From a virus, in the IMG/VR virus record IMGVR_UViG_3300025133_009407, positions 3,232-67,231 of that record: a stretch of 64,000 bases of DNA, one strand, 5' to 3'. This document shows, piece by piece, positions 10,425 to 20,636 of the stretch. The notes under the pieces are model-generated. The model worked only from the letters and a program-made list of their open reading frames with translations. It searched no databases and was not told the origin of the DNA. Both the position numbers and the translations under genes were made by a program. The stretch's first letter is position 1. Each line of letters starts with the position of its first letter.

Positions 10425-11319
10425 GAAGTTCTTCCTAACAGCAACGCTAGTTTTTCGTGATGAAAAAATATATTTAAAAGAGTGGCTCGATTATCATATA
10501 CTCAATGGAGTACAGCACTTTTATCTGTATGATAACAGAAGCAAGGATAATCCGAAAGAAATATTAGATTGGTATTTTGAGCAGGGCCTCATTACATATA
10601 TATTCTTAGATAAGGATTTAAATCGCCAATCGCTAGTTGCCCCGCATAGAAATGAGAATATAGAAAGAGGAATGGGGGTGGCAGAATGGATGCTCTTCAC
10701 AGATATTGATGAGTTTGTTTGCTTAAAAGATCTTGATTCAAATCTACATAGCGAAATAAGAAAGCTGGATGATTTCAGCGCTATTGCTATAAGAAGTATA
10801 AATTATGGATCAAATTATAATAAATATTATAAAGATGATCTTGTTATAAGTCGCTTTACAAGAAGAGAAAAACTCCCTACTTCATATAAATCTTTGGTAA
10901 GGCCGGAAAGTGTTGCTGGTGCTAAAAATGGGCATGCGTTTCATATCACAGATCATAAAACCTATGGACATACAGTTTCTGTAAATAAAAAAATGATTAA
11001 CTTAAATGATATTTCTTGGGTAAAAAAAGGAAGGCATATAAAGAATGATGCTTTCTATATTAATCACTATATATCTAAATCACAAGAAGAATTTTATAGT
11101 TTGAAGTTTAAAAATAATATAGGAATGGAAAAAATCAAAGGTAAGTTTCTCAGGCTAAATGGTCCACATAGTTGTAATGAAATTATAGCTAGGAAAATAT
11201 TATTCTTTGAAGATTATCTTAGAAATGATTTTGTTCAATTACATTATGACAAAATCAAAAATTATTATATGTATGATAATGATATTGGCATTTCCAAGTT
11301 TCTTAAAAATGTAAAATAA
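10417..11319 (+). CDS. Glycosyltransferase family 92 / GT2-like
   Basis: YLKEWLDYH..GVQHFYLYDN.S.D; DIDEF; INHYISKS.EEF. Confidence 0.85.
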   Translation: MSKKFFLTATLVFRDEKIYLKEWLDYHILNGVQHFYLYDNRSKDNPKEILDWYFEQGLITYIFLDKDLNRQSLVAPHRNENIERGMGVAEWMLFTDIDEFVCLKDLDSNLHSEIRKLDDFSAIAIRSINYGSNYNKYYKDDLVISRFTRREKLPTSYKSLVRPESVAGAKNGHAFHITDHKTYGHTVSVNKKMINLNDISWVKKGRHIKNDAFYINHYISKSQEEFYSLKFKNNIGMEKIKGKFLRLNGPHSCNEIIARKILFFEDYLRNDFVQLHYDKIKNYYMYDNDIGISKFLKNVK

Positions 11320-11323
11320 AAAG

Positions 11324-12157
11324 ATGAATTATATTGATGAAAGTGGACAATTATCTTTCTTTTTAAAAAAAATTAAAAGAAAGGAATATTTCTCCTTCAT
11401 TAAGCACAATCATGGATTATGGGACAAGCTTCGTATTTGCGTTCCACATATAGGCTTTTATAACCGAAAGACTATTAATATAAGAAAAATATCAAAAATT
11501 TATTCCGATTACAAACAGCCTGGAGGGCATATTGTTTCTCAGAATATTATTAATGAGTGTTTATATTTTATGGCAAACATGCATAAATTTAGAAACAATA
11601 TATTTTTGGGGTTATCAGCGACCGGAAATACCTCTACTTGCGATAAGAAGAGAACAAGGAAATCTGCAAAAATATGGGAATTATTTTTGCGTGAAAACTC
11701 TACCGTTTATGATGGTCTTATCTGGAAAAGAGCAGCCCTATCTGGAAGGCTATTGGAATTATTTTGTTTAATAAAAGATAAAAAAGTTATAATAGTATCT
11801 CCTTCTCAAGAAGGAAGCGATCCGCGCTACAAAATGTCTTTATTTGGAAAAAGATTTGGAATTTCAGATTTTACACATATAGAAATATCTGAAAAAAATG
11901 CCTCTAAAGACTTTAATATCGTAATCGGAAAATTGGTAAATCTTTGTAAAAATAAAAAAGTAGATAAGGTAATATTATTTAAAGCCGGTCCGGTCGGGTC
12001 TGCGATTATTTCAAGATTACATAATAAGTTAGATAGAACTTATATGATTGACATTGGTAACGCATTGGATGTATTAGATCCGACTATAAAGCGAAACTGG
12101 ACTAAAGGCTATAAAGATACCTTAAGATATCATTATGGACGCTATTATGTTGAATAA
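11324..12157 (+). CDS. Hypothetical protein, possibly a GT-D fold glycosyltransferase
   Basis: C-terminal ILFKAGP....I...L....IDIGNALD resembles GT-D (DUF1792) C-termini; cluster context. Confidence 0.45.
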   Translation: MNYIDESGQLSFFLKKIKRKEYFSFIKHNHGLWDKLRICVPHIGFYNRKTINIRKISKIYSDYKQPGGHIVSQNIINECLYFMANMHKFRNNIFLGLSATGNTSTCDKKRTRKSAKIWELFLRENSTVYDGLIWKRAALSGRLLELFCLIKDKKVIIVSPSQEGSDPRYKMSLFGKRFGISDFTHIEISEKNASKDFNIVIGKLVNLCKNKKVDKVILFKAGPVGSAIISRLHNKLDRTYMIDIGNALDVLDPTIKRNWTKGYKDTLRYHYGRYYVE

Positions 12158-13223
12158 GATTAGATTTTCTAAGCCATTTATACCAAATAAAGAAGAGTTT
12201 CTAAGGCTTATAGGGGGTGCCTTAGATTCTGGGCAATTAACGAATATTGGGCCGATCTCCGAGGAGCTAGAAGAGAAACTTCAGAACCATCTTGGTGTTG
12301 AGAACGTTGTATTGGTTTCCAACGGAACAATCGCATTACAGCTTGCCATTAAGTTATTAGGCTTAAGCGGAATGGCGATAACAACTCCATTTACCTTTAT
12401 AGCTACTACGTCAAGTATGGTTTGGGAAAATATTACTCCGATTTTTTCTGATATAAAATCCCATGATTTCAATTTAGATATTTCGTCTGTAACAGAAAAA
12501 GAACTGGCTGAAGCATCTGCCATAATTGCAACACATGTTTTTGGAAGACCATGTGATTATAGGTTGATAGGCAAATACGCAGATAAATATAATCTGAAAG
12601 TTATTTATGATGCAGCTCACGCATTTGGCGTTAAGGTGGGAGCAGAAAGCTTGTTATCGATTGGAGATGTATCTACGTTAAGCTTTCACGCAACAAAGAT
12701 ATTTCAAACAATTGAAGGTGGAGCGATAATAACTAAAAATAAGCAATTGGCTGATGACGCCAGATTGATTAGGAGCTTTGGAAGGTCAAGCAATGGTCTA
12801 TATGGCATAAACGCAAAATTAAGCGAAATACATGCGGCTATGGGTCTTTCCTCTTTTAACCACATAGAAGAAGGAAGATTTTTAAGACAAAAAATTCACG
12901 AAACTTATACTAAGTGCTTGCCTGAATATTTATCAAATATTCTTGAGAACTCAGACCATAATTATAGTTATTATCCAATAATATTTAAAACTAATCAAGA
13001 GCGAGATGTTGTCTACAACTTCCTTCTTGAAAATAAAGTTGAGTCAAAGAAGTATTTTCAGCCATCATTGGATACATATTTCAATGAAGTTGTTAAGCCT
13101 AATTCAAAAAATATTGTTGAAAAAATATTATGTTTGCCGATATATCCAGATTTGAAAATCCAAGAGGCAGAGTATATAACTAATCTAATTAATTCTATTT
13201 TGGACAAGAAAAATGAAACATAA
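12135..13223 (+). CDS. DegT/DnrJ/EryC1/StrS PLP sugar aminotransferase (VioA-like)
   Basis: SNGTIAL, TTPFTFIAT, IYDAAHAFG, LSFHATK...EGG, LCLPIYP. Confidence 0.93.
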   Translation: MDAIMLNKIRFSKPFIPNKEEFLRLIGGALDSGQLTNIGPISEELEEKLQNHLGVENVVLVSNGTIALQLAIKLLGLSGMAITTPFTFIATTSSMVWENITPIFSDIKSHDFNLDISSVTEKELAEASAIIATHVFGRPCDYRLIGKYADKYNLKVIYDAAHAFGVKVGAESLLSIGDVSTLSFHATKIFQTIEGGAIITKNKQLADDARLIRSFGRSSNGLYGINAKLSEIHAAMGLSSFNHIEEGRFLRQKIHETYTKCLPEYLSNILENSDHNYSYYPIIFKTNQERDVVYNFLLENKVESKKYFQPSLDTYFNEVVKPNSKNIVEKILCLPIYPDLKIQEAEYITNLINSILDKKNET

Positions 13224-14283
13224 AAATATAGGATTTGTATCCTACTGGTTCAACCGAGGACAGGCTGTTGTTACAAGGTATATCAAATCAATTTTTGATG
13301 AAGCTGGATACAACACGTTTGTGCTGGTCAGATCGCCACCGTCAAAGGTTTCTGGGGAAGGCAAGGGGGACTGGGCTAAGGGCAATATTACGATGGGCTC
13401 AGGGACCTACGACATGCCTATACGAACGTATACGGACTGGGCTAAGAAGAACAAGTTGGATATTTGTTTTTTTGACCAAAATTACCAATTCAATGCAATT
13501 AGAGCAATTCGATCATTAGGAATAAAAACGGTAGGAAGATATGTTTGGGAACAGTATGGTGCAGAACATGTTGCTGGATCAGTCAAATCTTTGGACGTCC
13601 TGTACTCTTTAACGAAAGCAGAAAGAAAAAGATACAGCAATAAGTTTGGGATCGATTCGCCGCTTTTGAGGTGGGGCATTCACCCGACCTTAGTAAACCT
13701 TGCGAAAGATAGAAAAAAGAGAAATGATGATTTGGTAACTTTTTATTTTCCTGCCGGCTATTGTAACCAGCGAAAATCAATAAAAAGAACCCTAAAAGCA
13801 TTTAGTTCAGTTAAGAATAAAAATGCAAGATTACTTATTACATCCCAAAAACCAATAAAAGATATAAATGATAACAGAGTGTCTATCATTACGAAGAACA
13901 TAGAATTGCAAAAAGATTTCTTAAAAATAATGGCAGGCTGCGATGTATGCCTTATCCCAAGCAAATGGGAAGGGTTGGGCTTGTCGTTTATGGAGGCTAT
14001 AGCTTTCTCTATGCCCATAATTACTACCGACTTTGCACCGATGAACGAATATGTTGAGCACGGCAAGACTGGCCTGCTAATTCGTGCAACTACGGATAAG
14101 AGACTTCCAAATAATCTTCAAATTGCTGAGGTATCAGTTCAAAACTTTAAAAATCAGATGGAGTGGCTATCTGATCGCAAAAGAGTTACTGAGATGTCTA
14201 ATCGAATCTCAGAAGTAATGCCGAAGAGGTATGATTGGGAGAACACAAGAGGGGATTACCTAAAACTGGTTCGTGGTTTATGA
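13213..14283 (+). CDS. GT4-like glycosyltransferase
   Basis: PSKWEGLGLSFMEA..MPIITTD.APMNE. Confidence 0.85.
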   Translation: MKHKNIGFVSYWFNRGQAVVTRYIKSIFDEAGYNTFVLVRSPPSKVSGEGKGDWAKGNITMGSGTYDMPIRTYTDWAKKNKLDICFFDQNYQFNAIRAIRSLGIKTVGRYVWEQYGAEHVAGSVKSLDVLYSLTKAERKRYSNKFGIDSPLLRWGIHPTLVNLAKDRKKRNDDLVTFYFPAGYCNQRKSIKRTLKAFSSVKNKNARLLITSQKPIKDINDNRVSIITKNIELQKDFLKIMAGCDVCLIPSKWEGLGLSFMEAIAFSMPIITTDFAPMNEYVEHGKTGLLIRATTDKRLPNNLQIAEVSVQNFKNQMEWLSDRKRVTEMSNRISEVMPKRYDWENTRGDYLKLVRGL

Positions 14284-15149
14284 CGGTTTTCATACAGGGC
14301 CTCAGGAGGTCGGGGACGACAATTCTTTTTGACGTTCTAACGACTGACAATGAAATCTTCGGAATTTACGAGCCCTTTTCCGCTGGAAAAAAGACTATCG
14401 GGGGAGGAAGCGGAGCTAGAAAAGAAGACCTAACTAAAACTCTTAGAGAAATTAGGGTTAACTTTTTAAAGGAGAATAAAAACTTTAATCATAAGTCATT
14501 TAATAGAGGCTCTCCTACTCAGTTTCGGAAAGAGGTATTTAATTCTAAGCTAACAAAATTTGAATATGATTATATCAAATCACTGGCAAACGTAAAAAAT
14601 TCCTACCTAAAATTTACCAGAGCATCGTTCATCGTTAAAGAGCTTTATGGCATAGATAGCCATGCAAAATTTATTCATATTATAAAAAATCCAGCACTAT
14701 GGGTAGCTTCACATATGTTAGGAAAGAAGAACAAGTTTCCTAATGCAGATGCATTCTTTAATTGTAAAACTGGATTTGATAATTGGAGTCAAGAGAGAAT
14801 TAGCAATTTTTATATAAAAGAAAAATATCCATGCCACATCAATAAGTCTGCTGTATTTAAGTTATTATTAATCTGGAGAGATTTCAACTTGGAAGCAGAG
14901 GCTGCATGCGTAGCTACGTTCGGAAGTAATTATCTAAAGATATTTAATGATGATCTATGCACGAATACAGAAGCTCATATGAATAAGGTATATAATTTTT
15001 TAGAAGTAAGGCCAAATAAAAAAGCAATACGATGGGCAACCAACAATATTTCTGGGCCAAAAAAGATAATGTTCCAAAATGATCAAAGATGGCGTAAGTA
15101 CTTTGATTATCTTGTTATAAGGAAATCTTTTTTGGATTTATCAAAATGA
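14280..15149 (+). CDS. Sulfotransferase family protein
   Basis: IQGLRRSGTT, YEP, KFIHIIKNP. Start placed at ATG 14280 (ATGA overlap). Confidence 0.75.
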   Translation: MTVFIQGLRRSGTTILFDVLTTDNEIFGIYEPFSAGKKTIGGGSGARKEDLTKTLREIRVNFLKENKNFNHKSFNRGSPTQFRKEVFNSKLTKFEYDYIKSLANVKNSYLKFTRASFIVKELYGIDSHAKFIHIIKNPALWVASHMLGKKNKFPNADAFFNCKTGFDNWSQERISNFYIKEKYPCHINKSAVFKLLLIWRDFNLEAEAACVATFGSNYLKIFNDDLCTNTEAHMNKVYNFLEVRPNKKAIRWATNNISGPKKIMFQNDQRWRKYFDYLVIRKSFLDLSK

Positions 15150-16087
15150 CAAGAGCTATAGTAACTGGATCTGAAGGATTTATAGGCGGGCACCTAACGG
15201 ATAGACTTCTAAAGTTGGGAATAGAGGTTCTTGGCATTGATGATATGTCAAGTGGAGATTATTCTACTAGAGACCTTCACTTGACAAAACATAATTTTAG
15301 ATCAGAGCAAGTCGATATCACAAGTTCTAGCGTCCCTGGCATCTTTAGGGAGTTTCGACCAGAATGTGTTTTTCATTTAGCCGCCAAGCCAGGAGTCACC
15401 CCGTCTGTGGTTCGCCCAACTTTTTCCGACCTCAACAATATAAACGGAACGGTAAACCTCTTAGAGTCAGCGAAGGATAGCGGCGTAAAAAGATTCGTCT
15501 TCTCTTCCTCATCGTCTATATACGGTGGCTCCACGGATTTACCAACGAAAGAGAGCTTACCTCCGAATCCTAAGTCTCCTTATGCTCTGCAGAAGCTTAC
15601 TGGAGAAAGATATTGCAAGCTCTTTTCGGAACTATATGACTTAGACACAGTGTCCCTCAGGTATTTTAATGTATTCGGCCCAAGGCAGAGAGCTGATTCT
15701 GCCTATGCGGCAGTTATAGCAGCCTTTTGTGCTGCGGAAAAGAATAAAAAAGCTCCCACGATCTATGGAGGTGGCGAACAGTTTCGGGATTTTTGTTATG
15801 TCCAAAATGTTGTTGACGCAAACATCAGAGCATCCCTTTTAAGGGAAGAGCCTCTGGGTGGCGCAGTGCTGAATATTGGATGTGGAGGGAGAATAACCGT
15901 AAACGATCTTTGTTCTAAAATATGCTCTATAGATCCAGTTTACGAAGCGGAGCGAGCTGGAGACGTATTTTGCTCTCAGGCAGACATCTCGTTGGCCAAA
16001 AAATATCTCGGGTATCAGGCGACCCACTCTTTCGATGATGGAATCCGAGAAACAATGAAGTGGCATCTTGAATTTGCTGCCGTATAG
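15146..16087 (+). CDS. NAD-dependent UDP-sugar 4-epimerase (WbpP/GalE-like)
   Basis: TGSEGFIG, HLAA, SSSSIYG, PYALQK, LRYFNVFGPRQ, RDFCYV. Confidence 0.92.
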   Translation: MTRAIVTGSEGFIGGHLTDRLLKLGIEVLGIDDMSSGDYSTRDLHLTKHNFRSEQVDITSSSVPGIFREFRPECVFHLAAKPGVTPSVVRPTFSDLNNINGTVNLLESAKDSGVKRFVFSSSSSIYGGSTDLPTKESLPPNPKSPYALQKLTGERYCKLFSELYDLDTVSLRYFNVFGPRQRADSAYAAVIAAFCAAEKNKKAPTIYGGGEQFRDFCYVQNVVDANIRASLLREEPLGGAVLNIGCGGRITVNDLCSKICSIDPVYEAERAGDVFCSQADISLAKKYLGYQATHSFDDGIRETMKWHLEFAAV

Positions 16088-16112
16088 GGTAAAATAGCCT
16101 CATGGAGATATT

Positions 16113-17096
16113 ATGCTAAAAGCAGTAATTACGGGAGTCGCGGGGCAGGATGGAAGTTATCTAGCAGAGCTGCTGTTGGAGAAGGGCTACGAGGTCATTG
16201 GCCTTGCACGCCGTCATGCTTCTGTTAAGGAATATAGTAATATAAAAAATGCGCTTGTCAACAAAAACTTTAAGCTTTTTGAGGGTGACATCACCGACAC
16301 TACATTAATTGCCAGAGTATTGCATGATCACAAGCCTCATGAGTGGTATAATCTTGCGGCAATGAGCCACGTTGGCCAGTCGTTCCGAGAGCCTCTGGCG
16401 ACGTTTGATGTTAACGCAAAAGCCGTGATGGGCCAGTTAGAAATGATAAGGCAAATCTCTCCTTATACAAGATTCTATCAGGCGTCTACATCAGAATTAT
16501 TTGGTGGGCTAACTTGTCCTAAGGCTGGTTATGATGAATCTTCGCCGTTTCATCCTCGCTCTCCATACGGGGTAGCAAAGCTTGCTGCGTATTGGGCTGT
16601 AGTTAACTATAGGGAGGCTTATGGTCTGCATGCATGCAATGGCATACTTCATAATCACAGTAGCCCACGCAGAGGCTATGACTTCGCTACGAGGAAGATT
16701 ACTAGAGGTATCGCGAAAGTTAAGCTTGGAATGGAGACTTCCCTTAAGATGGGAAACCTAGAGGCATTCCGCGATGAAGGACACTCTAAAGATTATTGCA
16801 GAGCAATGTGGATGATGTTACAATCGGATGCTCCAAGAGATTATCTTGTATCCACCGGATCTGGAGCTACCATTAGAGAGATGTTCGAATATGTCTGCAC
16901 TCTTGCCGGATTTACTTTAGAAGGTGTATATGAGATGAACGAGCGTTTTATGCGACCTTCTGATGTTCCATTTTTGCTTGGTAACCCGACAAAAATAAAG
17001 GAAGAGCTGGGCTGGGAGCCAGAATATAATTGGAAGTCATTATTGAAAGAGATGTATGAAAATGATCTTTTAGAATTGGCTAGCTTCAGTATATAG
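16113..17096 (+). CDS. gmd: GDP-mannose 4,6-dehydratase
   Basis: ITGVAGQDGSYLAE, YQASTSELFG, PRSPYGVAK, NHSSPRRG..F.TRKI. Confidence 0.95.
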   Translation: MLKAVITGVAGQDGSYLAELLLEKGYEVIGLARRHASVKEYSNIKNALVNKNFKLFEGDITDTTLIARVLHDHKPHEWYNLAAMSHVGQSFREPLATFDVNAKAVMGQLEMIRQISPYTRFYQASTSELFGGLTCPKAGYDESSPFHPRSPYGVAKLAAYWAVVNYREAYGLHACNGILHNHSSPRRGYDFATRKITRGIAKVKLGMETSLKMGNLEAFRDEGHSKDYCRAMWMMLQSDAPRDYLVSTGSGATIREMFEYVCTLAGFTLEGVYEMNERFMRPSDVPFLLGNPTKIKEELGWEPEYNWKSLLKEMYENDLLELASFSI

Positions 17097-17144
17097 CACA
17101 TTCTAAATGTTTACTAATCATTCCTTCTAAAATAGGAGGCAAAA

Positions 17145-17594
17145 ATGAGGAAAGAAACTTTGGATAATTTAGAAAAAATCGAAAAGCCTTGGGGCTATGA
17201 GGTTATTTGGGGAAGAAGTGCTTCTCAAGATGGATACATCGGAAAGCTTCTCTTTATTGATGCGGGTGAGAGATTGTCGATGCAATATCACGAAGATAAA
17301 GAGGAGACGATTACTGTTAAGACCGGAACTCTTTATCTCCAAACGATAGGCCTTATAACAGAGGATGTTAATAGCAGAGAGTTAATGAAAACTTCTATAA
17401 AAGAAATAAAATTAATTCCTGGGGATGTATATCACATTCCTCCCTTTATGACTCATAGATTTGCTGCTAAAGAAGAAAATGTTGAGATTATAGAGGTTAG
17501 TACGTGCTTTTTAGATGACGTAGTTAGAATTCAAGATGATTATGGAAGGCTAGGTGATGAAGATGAGGGTCTTTGGGGCGACGACGACTGCTAA
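17145..17594 (+). CDS. Cupin (mannose-6-phosphate isomerase type II-like)
   Basis: KPWGYE, LSMQYH..KEET, HIPP..HR, EVST..DDVVR..DDYGR; SD GGAGG. Confidence 0.88.
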   Translation: MRKETLDNLEKIEKPWGYEVIWGRSASQDGYIGKLLFIDAGERLSMQYHEDKEETITVKTGTLYLQTIGLITEDVNSRELMKTSIKEIKLIPGDVYHIPPFMTHRFAAKEENVEIIEVSTCFLDDVVRIQDDYGRLGDEDEGLWGDDDC

Positions 17595-17926
17595 AGAACT
17601 CTTTCTAAATCTTCTACTTTATTACTGGCATCCTTATTTTTTAGATTCTTGTTCAGAGTCTTAAGTCTTTTTCTTACTTTGTCTAAAAAGTCTCCAGTGT
17701 AATCTTCGTTGCTTCTAAAAAATTCTGGCTTTTTGGTCTCTGCCTCTTTAGTGAATGGATGAGGATTATCTTTAATATAGCTAAACATACTCTCTAGCTC
17801 ATCTTTGCTCATTTCATCTAGCAAAGACTTTCCTGTAATTTCTTTACTTATAGACATAAAGACGGGATCATAATCCCATGCGATATTCATATCTTCTGCC
17901 AAATTTATAACGTCGGTTTTTAACAT
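17591..17926 (-). CDS. Hypothetical protein
   Basis: 111-aa ORF filling an otherwise empty gap; convergent stop overlap with the cupin gene. Confidence 0.6.
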   Translation of the reverse strand: MLKTDVINLAEDMNIAWDYDPVFMSISKEITGKSLLDEMSKDELESMFSYIKDNPHPFTKEAETKKPEFFRSNEDYTGDFLDKVRKRLKTLNKNLKNKDASNKVEDLERVL

Positions 17927-18025
17927 AAATTATCCATATCTATTTTAAATAATAATAGTTTGAGCATTGAAATTGTATAATATCATCATCCTACTTTTGG
18001 GTGCGGAGGAGCTTTTTAGAAGACT

Positions 18026-18982
18026 ATGAAAATAACTATTATTGGATTTAACTTTGGTCCCACACGAGCATTTACAAATGGGCCAGGGATGTCTTTGCGA
18101 AACTTTGTACATTCGATACGAAAGAATTGCTTTCCATTTGTAGAGGTTTTTACAGCACTTCCTGTAGAGGAAGAGGTAGATGGAGTAAGATTCTTCTCAA
18201 TAAGGGATCAAAAGAGGCTTCGTCTATCAATTCGTGATGCAGATGTTGTTCACCATTGGAGCGGTATTGACGAAAGATTTGTGAATATTATAAAGTTCGC
18301 CGCAGCACTTGATAAGAAGATAATTTGCGGTCCCAATGTATTAGATACGGTTCAACTTAAAAAGGAAAATACTTATCTGGAAGATTCAAAGATAAGTTTG
18401 TTTTTAACTGTAAACAATAGATTAAAATACCTTATCTCCAAACAGCATGTAATTCCTATTGATAAAATGAAGACTTTTATCGTTGGCCCGAGCCTGGACC
18501 TTTGGGCTCCAGCCGAGGATCAAGGAACCACCGGAATTTTATGGAAGGGGAACTGTAATCACAAGGTAAAGGATATAGAGTTTGCGCTTAAAGTGAGGGA
18601 TGCTCTTCCTCAGTATAAATTTTTATTCTTAGGATATCCTGCCCCATATAAGTACCGCGAACACATTTCTGTTGCCAAAACGGCTAAACTGTATATAAAT
18701 ACTTCGATGTCAGAAACGAAATCCCAAACGCTAATGGAAAGTTGGGCATCTGGAGTTCCCTCTGTAACTCATCCAAAAATTTATATGCATGGCGAGAATT
18801 ACAGAACAGGAATCATAACCACTAAAACTATCGAAAACTATGTTGAAGCGATTTCGGAAATTATGGAAGACAAAACCTTGCGAGAGGGCTTGTCTGCTGG
18901 CGCAGTTTCTTACTGCAAAGAGAACTTCTCCGAAAGAACCATAAGAGATCGATATTTTCGCTTACTAAAAAGGATAAAGTGA
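18026..18982 (+). CDS. GT-B glycosyltransferase
   Basis: GPG, ICGPN, SETKSQTLMESWASGVP. Confidence 0.7.
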   Translation: MKITIIGFNFGPTRAFTNGPGMSLRNFVHSIRKNCFPFVEVFTALPVEEEVDGVRFFSIRDQKRLRLSIRDADVVHHWSGIDERFVNIIKFAAALDKKIICGPNVLDTVQLKKENTYLEDSKISLFLTVNNRLKYLISKQHVIPIDKMKTFIVGPSLDLWAPAEDQGTTGILWKGNCNHKVKDIEFALKVRDALPQYKFLFLGYPAPYKYREHISVAKTAKLYINTSMSETKSQTLMESWASGVPSVTHPKIYMHGENYRTGIITTKTIENYVEAISEIMEDKTLREGLSAGAVSYCKENFSERTIRDRYFRLLKRIK

Positions 18983-19716
18983 TGCTTGTAGATATTATAA
19001 TCCCAGCTTATAATCCCGGAGCCGATTTATTTGAAGCACTAAAGAGCTGTACCCAGCAAAAGTATAAGAAGTATACTGTTACTGTTATAGACGATAATTC
19101 ATCAGAAGATGTAGCCAAGGTTGTTTCTAAATTTCCAGGATATAGATATATTAGAAATGATAAAAATCTTGGGCCATCCGGGGCGAGGAACGTCGGCATC
19201 AACAGTACAAGCGGGGATTTGATCAGCCTGCTAGATGCTGATGACCTAATGCATCCAGATAAGCTTCTTCTTTCGGTTAAGGAGTTTGCGGACGAAGAGG
19301 TTGGCCTTGTTTGCGGGAATTATCAGATTTTAGTAAATAGATCGAGGCTGATGAGGCCTTTTTACAAGAGGCCGATCACGATAAATCACTCAGCGCTGAT
19401 GCGCCAAAACTTTGTAGCCTCCGGGTCAACAACCTTCCGGCGGTCTCTTATAGAAAGGATAGGAGGCTTTGATGAAAGATTTTGGATTTCCGAAGATTAT
19501 GCATGTTGGGTTAGACTTTCAGAAATATGCAATATAAAATATATACATGAAGTATTATATTATTACTCTGTTTCTCCTGGAAATAGCTCTTTAACCCAGA
19601 GGAGTGATATCCAAAAGGATCATGACAAAAATATAAAAATAATCAGAAGAGAATCAAGAGAGAGGATAAAATGCCTAAGCGAAAAGAGAGAGTTGGAGAA
19701 AAACATGGGAGACTAA
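18979..19716 (+). CDS. GT2 glycosyltransferase
   Basis: IIIPAYN, VIDDNS, GPSGARNVG, LDADD, GGFDE..SEDY. Confidence 0.93.
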   Translation: MMLVDIIIPAYNPGADLFEALKSCTQQKYKKYTVTVIDDNSSEDVAKVVSKFPGYRYIRNDKNLGPSGARNVGINSTSGDLISLLDADDLMHPDKLLLSVKEFADEEVGLVCGNYQILVNRSRLMRPFYKRPITINHSALMRQNFVASGSTTFRRSLIERIGGFDERFWISEDYACWVRLSEICNIKYIHEVLYYYSVSPGNSSLTQRSDIQKDHDKNIKIIRRESRERIKCLSEKRELEKNMGD

Positions 19717-20636
19717 CGGTGACTGCCTTATCAGTCAGAACAAAAACTGGCGATGTATGGTGGAAATGTAAGTGTCAATGTGGCACATCAACAGATGTGA
19801 GAGCTGGACTATTGTCTAGAACAAAGTCTTGCGGGTGTGCTAAGCTGAAGCATAATTTATCTAATAAGAAATATGGAAAGTGGTCTATTTTAAATAAAAA
19901 AATAACTAAAGGTAGAGTTATACATTGGTTGGCAAGGTGTGAGTGTGGAAGAGAGAAATATGTTTCCTCATATTCATTAAGAGCAGGAAAGAGTAAAGGC
20001 TGTGGATGTTCTGATATTAATCATTACTATTTCAACGCCATAAATACAGAGACGGCTTACTTGGCGGGATTTATAGGCGCAGATGGAAATCTTGATGATA
20101 AAAGATTGAGGCTTAGAATAAATTTGTCCAATAAGGACTCAGAATATTTGAGAAAAATCAGTATTATTATGGACGCAGAAGGTCTTTATAAATTGGCAAA
20201 AAAAACATGTCATTTGGAAATTTATTCTTCACAAATTTACAAAGATTTAGTTAACAACTTTGGGCTAAAGCCAAGAAAAACTTTTGATTTATTACCACCT
20301 CTTAACTTGAGCAAAGAACAGAGGATAGCTTATATGGCTGGATATATAGACGGTGACGGCTCCATTGTAGACTACCATAATGAAGCGGGGAAGTTGGCGA
20401 TAAGAATAGTTGGAAATAAAAATATTCTTGAGTATTTTAAAAAAGTCTTAGAGTCCGATCTTAAGATGAAAATTGGAAAACTTCATCCTGAGAAAAGAAG
20501 TCCTGGCATTTATACCCTTGTCATAGGTGGCAAAAAATGTATAGATCTATATCACGAAGTACTAAAAGATGTTCCACGCAAAATGTTAATGAAGAGAAAG
20601 TGGTTTAAACTTGATAAATATATGGGCACCAAATGA
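19671..20636 (+). mobile_element. Free-standing LAGLIDADG homing endonuclease with two N-terminal Cys-rich repeats
   Basis: Two LAGLIDADG helices (YLAGFIGADG, YMAGYIDGDG); repeats WKCKCQCG..KSCGC and WLARCECG..KGCGC. Confidence 0.85.
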
